Of a stretch of 64,000 nucleotides of DNA, positions 58,526-64,000 are shown one piece after another (the first letter of the stretch is position 1; every line of letters begins with the position of its first letter). A program made the translations under genes and the position numbers. Location: positions 1,283 to 65,282 of the forward strand of contig JAUCCG010000069.1 of assembly GCA_034676465.1 (NCBI GenBank), read 5' to 3'. This stretch comes from Brevundimonas sp. GTDB taxonomy: Bacteria > Pseudomonadota > Alphaproteobacteria > Caulobacterales > Caulobacteraceae. The notes under the pieces are model-generated. The model ran no database searches, had not been told where the DNA came from, and worked only from the letters and a program-made list of their open reading frames with translations.

Positions 58526-58580
58526 CCGACGAAAATACCCCCGGACCCCCGAAGAGACATCATCGAATATGGTGTGTTTG

Positions 58581-59513
58581 CTACCTAATGCCGCTGTATT
58601 CCGGCAGCTCATCGAGGAACAGCACGCCATTGTGGGCCAGCGAGGCCTCCCCCGGCCGCGCCTTCAGCCCGCCGCCGGTCAGGGCCGCCATACTGGCCGA
58701 ATGGTGCGGACTGCGGAACGGCCGGTCGCGGGTCAGGGCCCCGCGCTCGATCAACCCGGCCACCGACCAGACCATCGAGGTCTCCAGCAGTTCAGTCGGG
58801 GTCAGCGGCGGCAACAGGCCCGGCAACCGCTGCGCCAGCATCGACTTGCCCGAGCCCGGCGGCCCGATGAACAACAGGTTGTGGCCCCCGGCGGCGGCGA
58901 TCTCGAGCGAGCGTTTGGCGCTCTCCTGACCCTTGACCTCGCGCAGGTCAGGCACGACCCCGCCGGCCCGCACCGGCCCCGGCTCGGGCGGGCGCAGCAC
59001 CTGGCTGCCCTTGAAATGGTTGATCAGCCCGATCAACGAGCGCGGGGCCAGGATGGCGACCTCCCCGGCCCAGGCCGCCTCGGGTCCGTTGGCCTCGGGG
59101 CAGATCAGCCCCAGCCCCATGGCCGAGGCCGCGACCGCCGCCGGCAGGGCCCCGCCGACCGGGGCGATCTGGCCGTCCAGCCCCAGTTCGCCGATCGCGG
59201 CCCAGCCGTCCAGGGCGTCGGGCGTGATCACCCCCAGCGCCGCCATCAGCACAAGGCCGATGGCCAGGTCGAAATGACTGCCCTCCTTGGGCAGGTCGGC
59301 CGGGGCCAGATTGGCGATGATCCGTTTCGGCGGCAGGCCCAGGCCGATGCCGGCGAAGGCCCCGCGCACCCGCTCGCGGCTCTCGGCCACCGCCTTGTCC
59401 GGCAGGCCGACGATGGTGAAGCTGGGCTGGATCGCCCCGACCAGCTGCACCTGCACATCCACCCGGCGCGCCTCGACCCCGTCGAACGCCACCGTCACCA
59501 CGCGAGCGACCAT
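58581..59513 (-). pseudogene. comM: comM/yifB 5' half, truncated by IS1595
   Basis: [16 protein letters not shown]; GPPGSGKS; PFRSPHH; [15 protein letters not shown]. Confidence 0.93.
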
Positions 59514-59563
59514 CGCCCCCTCCCGTTATGCGGGAAAGAACAAATCACGAACTCAAACTATGT

Positions 59564-59884
59564 TCAAGCCCCACCCGGTCCGGAATGACGCCGGATAATC
59601 TCCCGAACCTGCAAGACGTCCGTCACCGCCAACAGCACCAGGGCGCAGAAAATCGTTATCGGAATCAGCAGCGACACCCCGGAGAAGACCGGCACAACCG
59701 CAGACAGCACAAGCCCGCCCACGGATACGACTACCCTGCGCCTGTTCCAGATATCGAACTCTTCGAAAACCCGGGTCATCCGGGCACCAAAAAACATGGA
59801 GGCTCTCCAGATATTCTGGTCTGGGAGGAAAAAGAATACGGCGTAAATCGCAGCAACAAGGGCGAGGTATTTGAACCAGTCCAC
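59564..59884 (-). CDS. Small membrane hypothetical protein
   Basis: Three hydrophobic segments; GAGG upstream of a GTG start. Confidence 0.55.
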   Translation of the reverse strand: MDWFKYLALVAAIYAVFFFLPDQNIWRASMFFGARMTRVFEEFDIWNRRRVVVSVGGLVLSAVVPVFSGVSLLIPITIFCALVLLAVTDVLQVREIIRRHSGPGGA

Positions 59885-59887
59885 GGA

Positions 59888-60956
59888 TCACCTCTCGCCC
59901 GGGGCGGGGCTTTCCGTCGCCAGCCGGATCGTCATCCAGTCATCGAACAGGAACATGGCCCAGACGCCGCCGGCGGGATCGGCCATCAGCCCTCGCTGAC
60001 GTCGGTAGATTTCACCGTCCGGAAGGACAATCTCGCGGTAGGAACCATCGGCCACGTTCACCGCACCGATTACTCGACGGAAGGAAGGATCGCTCCCGTC
60101 GTCGAAATATCGTTGCCCATCGACCGCCGCAATATTGCTGGGAACTATCCGGAGAGGTTTGGGAGCGAACGGTATCGTCGACACCGTCCCGTCGTCGGCG
60201 ACTGCTGTCAGTTCGGCTTGTCGATTTGAAACCGACAGCACATAGGGTTCGAGGGTTTATACATCCCGGATCGTCCGAGAGTTGAAGCCCCCGCATATTC
60301 GACCCGTCTCGCGGCGACGCGACAGCAGGCTCACCCCGCCGTCGTCCGCCAGTCGATAGTGTCGCCATTCGCAGCCGGCCCGGGTTTGATACAGGACCAT
60401 CGCCCGATTGGACGGCAGCAGCAGGCCTGCGACCGGGCGACGGATCCGATCCAGCGCCCAGGAGCGACCACCCCGGCGCGCCTCGATCACCGTCGGCACC
60501 CCGTTGCTCCGGATCGCCAGCACCCGGATGCCGCGACTGTCGGCGAGCATGTCATGCGGTTTCAAAAAGCGGGCGAAGCCGCCCTGCTGGAAACTGTTCT
60601 CGACCACGCCGTCCCGCACCGTCTTGCAGGTCAGCCGGCCGACAAACTCGCTCAACCCCCTGCCACGCATGCTGTCGCGCCCGCAGGCGACAATCCGGTC
60701 CGGGGCAATCTGGACAAGCGAGAGCGCAACGCCGTTCCCCCGATCTGGATACGCGCCCTCCCCCCTCCGGGGGTCCGACAAGCCCGGTCGAGTACAGCAG
60801 GGAGCCATCCGGCAACCGCGCGATCGCGCTCCCTCCCGGGTAGGGCGACGGCCCCCGCGGCGGCGTCGCTGCCATGCCGGCAGCCCGCGGGGGCGCGACA
60901 CCGACCGAGCCACCGCAACCGGCCATCATCAGAACGGCGACGAGCCAGAGCATCAT
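59888..60956 (-). CDS. Hypothetical lipoprotein, fragmented across frames
   Basis: MMLWLVAVLMMAG-C lipobox; consecutive same-strand fragments with beta-rich character. Confidence 0.45.
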
Positions 60957-61105
60957 TCTCATCAGGGAGGTCCCGAAATCAGCCGCAGGCGTCCCGCACC
61001 GACCATCGGCGCGCGCCTTCGCCTAACTGACCCCGGTATCCGCAAACATGCCAGTCTGAATGCGCGCAAGGCGTGCGCCGGCGGGTCAGACACCCGCCGC
61101 GCCTG

Positions 61106-62050
<945 letters not shown>

Positions 62051-62159
62051 GCAAATATCCTTCGTCGGCGTCGGCCGGCCCGGACACTGGACCGGACCCT
62101 ATGTGACCAGCCGCAGGCCCGGCCTCAAGGGGGCAGGCGCGATGGGCGGCCGAAATCGC

Positions 62160-62975
62160 CTAATTCAGCTGTAGCCGGACCCGGTCGAAACTGGTCTGGC
62201 GCCGAACCAGGGCCGGGCCGTCCAGGTCCTCGGCCCGGGCCAGGGCCTCCAGCGCACCGGTCAGGGCTCCGCGCCGCTCCCGGGCCGAGGCCACGTCCAG
62301 CCACGGCCGGTGATCGTCCGGATCGAGCAGGGCCCGGCGCAGGGCCGAACGCTCGGCCGCCTCATAGTCTCCAGCCTCAATGGCCCGGCTGAACTGCATG
62401 GCCTGCAGCCGGATCAGGGCCTGACGTGCCGTCACCGGAGCCATCAGCAGATCGAGCCGGTCGGCCACATGCGGCGTCAGGCCGGCGCGCAGCGCCCGGC
62501 GCGTCAGCTCCGACGGCAGCACCAGCTGGCCCTGGCTGAACGGGTCCAGCGCCACCGGCCCGTCGGCCGTTTCGACGCGGATGAGGAAATGGCCGGGAAA
62601 GTCGACCCCCGTGGCCAGTATGCCCGCCTGCCGGGCCGCGTCCAGATAGAAGACCGCCAGGGCGACCGACAGGCCACGCCGCCGCTCGGCCACGGCGATG
62701 ATGTCGGTATTGGCCGGGTCGCCGCCGTGGATCAGATCCCCGGTCAGCCGCAGGTCCGACGACAGGGTCTCGGTCAGGGCGTCCTCGACCGGTTCGCCGC
62801 CGATCCGCTCGATCAGCCGCTCGGCCGCCTGCCGCGCCAGCAGCCGCACCGGCTCGGCCTCGCGCATCGGATCGTCATGCAGGGCACAGGCGATCGCCGC
62901 CTCCAGCAACGGAAAATCGTCGTCATCGGCCAGTCCGGCCGCCGTCAAGGTCGTGGTCGCGTCCTGATGGATCAC
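62160..62975 (-). CDS. SirB1/YchA transglutaminase-like protein with TPR
   Basis: RRGLSVAL; GVDFPGHFLIR; LDPF; C-terminal TPR-like helices. Confidence 0.82.
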   Translation of the reverse strand: MIHQDATTTLTAAGLADDDDFPLLEAAIACALHDDPMREAEPVRLLARQAAERLIERIGGEPVEDALTETLSSDLRLTGDLIHGGDPANTDIIAVAERRRGLSVALAVFYLDAARQAGILATGVDFPGHFLIRVETADGPVALDPFSQGQLVLPSELTRRALRAGLTPHVADRLDLLMAPVTARQALIRLQAMQFSRAIEAGDYEAAERSALRRALLDPDDHRPWLDVASARERRGALTGALEALARAEDLDGPALVRRQTSFDRVRLQLN

Positions 62976-63396
62976 GGAAATCGGGCCCCCCGGTCTCGAT
63001 ATCCTTAACATGACGCGGAAATCGCCCGGGGGCCAGCGCCACCATATCCAGCCGCAAAGTCAGACCCGCCAGACCGGGCCGTCCGCGCGCCACCGCCCGG
63101 GCCGAGGCGCGCAGCCGCGCCAGCTGTTGTGGACCCAGCGCAACCAGCGCCGCCTCCAGCGTGGCGCGGCGCTTGACCTCGACCACGGCCAGCACCCGAC
63201 CGCGTCGTGCCAGGATGTCGATCTCCCCGGCCCGGCTCTTCAAACGAAAGCCCAGAATCTGATAGCCGCGACACATCAGCCACAGGGCGGCCAGCCATTC
63301 CCCGGCGTGGCCGCTGCGATGCGCCGCCTGCCCCGACGCCCGCCGCCGACCCGACACGGGCCGCACCGGAGCCGGAGCGGGGCGCAGCCGCTTCAT
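62923..63396 (-). CDS. yraN: YraN family nuclease
   Basis: GEIDILARRG..VEVK; RLDMV; follows rsmI. Confidence 0.88.
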   Translation of the reverse strand: MKRLRPAPAPVRPVSGRRRASGQAAHRSGHAGEWLAALWLMCRGYQILGFRLKSRAGEIDILARRGRVLAVVEVKRRATLEAALVALGPQQLARLRASARAVARGRPGLAGLTLRLDMVALAPGRFPRHVKDIETGGPDFRDPSGRDHDLDGGRTGR

Positions 63397-64000
63397 CCCC
63401 GCCCCTGCAGCTCCAGCGCCCGGCGGTACAGGGCCTTGCGTGGCAGATCCAGCGCCTGGGACACTTCCGAGGCCGCCGGTCCGGGGGCCAGCCGGGTCAT
63501 GGCCTCGGTCAGGGCCGCGTCGGCGTCCGCCTCACTGGCCACCTCGACGTCACCGGGACCGATGACCACCACGATCTCGCCCCTGGGCCCCTGACAGCGC
63601 GGGTCGACGGCCAGTTCGGCCAAAGTGCCGCGCACGCACTCCTCGTACAATTTGGTCAGTTCGCGGGCCACGGCGGCCGGACGCGGGCCCAGCACCGCCG
63701 CCATATCGGCCAGGCTGTCGGCCAGACGCGGGCCACTCTCGAAGAAGACCAGGGTCTGGCGCGCGGTGCGCAGCTCTTCCAGCATCGCCCTGCGCGCGCC
63801 GGACTTGGGCGGCAGGAAGCCGGCGAACAGCACCCGGTCGGCCGGCAGTCCGGCGATGCACAGGGCCGCCAGCAGACTTGAGGCCCCGGGGATCGGATGC
63901 ACCGGCAGGCCGGCCGCGATCACCGCCCGGGCCACGACGAAGCCCGGATCATTGACCATCGGCGTGCCCGCGTCCGAGACCAGCGCCACCACCTCGCCCG
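63393..64000 (-). CDS. rsmI: 16S rRNA C1402 2'-O-methyltransferase, 5' end outside the window
   Basis: VSDAGTPMVNDPG; FESGPRL; RELTKLYEE. Confidence 0.93.
   Translation of the reverse strand, partial: GEVVALVSDAGTPMVNDPGFVVARAVIAAGLPVHPIPGASSLLAALCIAGLPADRVLFAGFLPPKSGARRAMLEELRTARQTLVFFESGPRLADSLADMAAVLGPRPAAVARELTKLYEECVRGTLAELAVDPRCQGPRGEIVVVIGPGDVEVASEADADAALTEAMTRLAPGPAASEVSQALDLPRKALYRRALELQGRG

Larger units (their letters stand above)
55309..58593 (+). mobile_element. IS1595-family transporter IS (3285 bp) with passenger genes
   Basis: 24-bp perfect TIR CGGCATTAGGTAGCAAACACACCA; 8-bp target duplication CTGTATTC (55301-55308, 58594-58601). Confidence 0.95.

Overview
High-GC alphaproteobacterial chromosome segment, most consistent with Caulobacteraceae (Brevundimonas-like; inferred from shkA, CIR-type repeats and CtrA boxes). 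It is mostly housekeeping: fabA-fabB-fabI, rimM-rpsP-ffh, ppc, murI, ahpCD-oxyR, acnA, ccmABCDG, ftsY, nadE, glpK, dapF, maeB, shkA, gshB, yraN and rsmI. Many genes, including essential ones, carry small indels, mostly in homopolymers, so the sequence probably has long-read-type errors and single frameshifts or substitutions need caution. Two accessory loci stand out. (1) Between fabI and rimM, a diverged ~180-bp duplication of the fabI 3' end plus a CtrA-box-like promoter precedes a small protein with a TonB-box-like N-terminus, a Gly linker and a JAB/DUF4329-like HxH domain. Three divergent exported two-Cys paralogues surround it, suggesting a candidate TonB-imported bacteriocin/immunity system. 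(2) A 3285-bp cargo-carrying IS1595 element splits comM just after Walker B. Its terminal repeat supplies an in-frame stop for the 5' half and an in-frame ATG for the 3' half. Also present are an IS630, a decayed phd-vapC pair and several palindromic repeats. No rRNA, tRNA or CRISPR array was seen.
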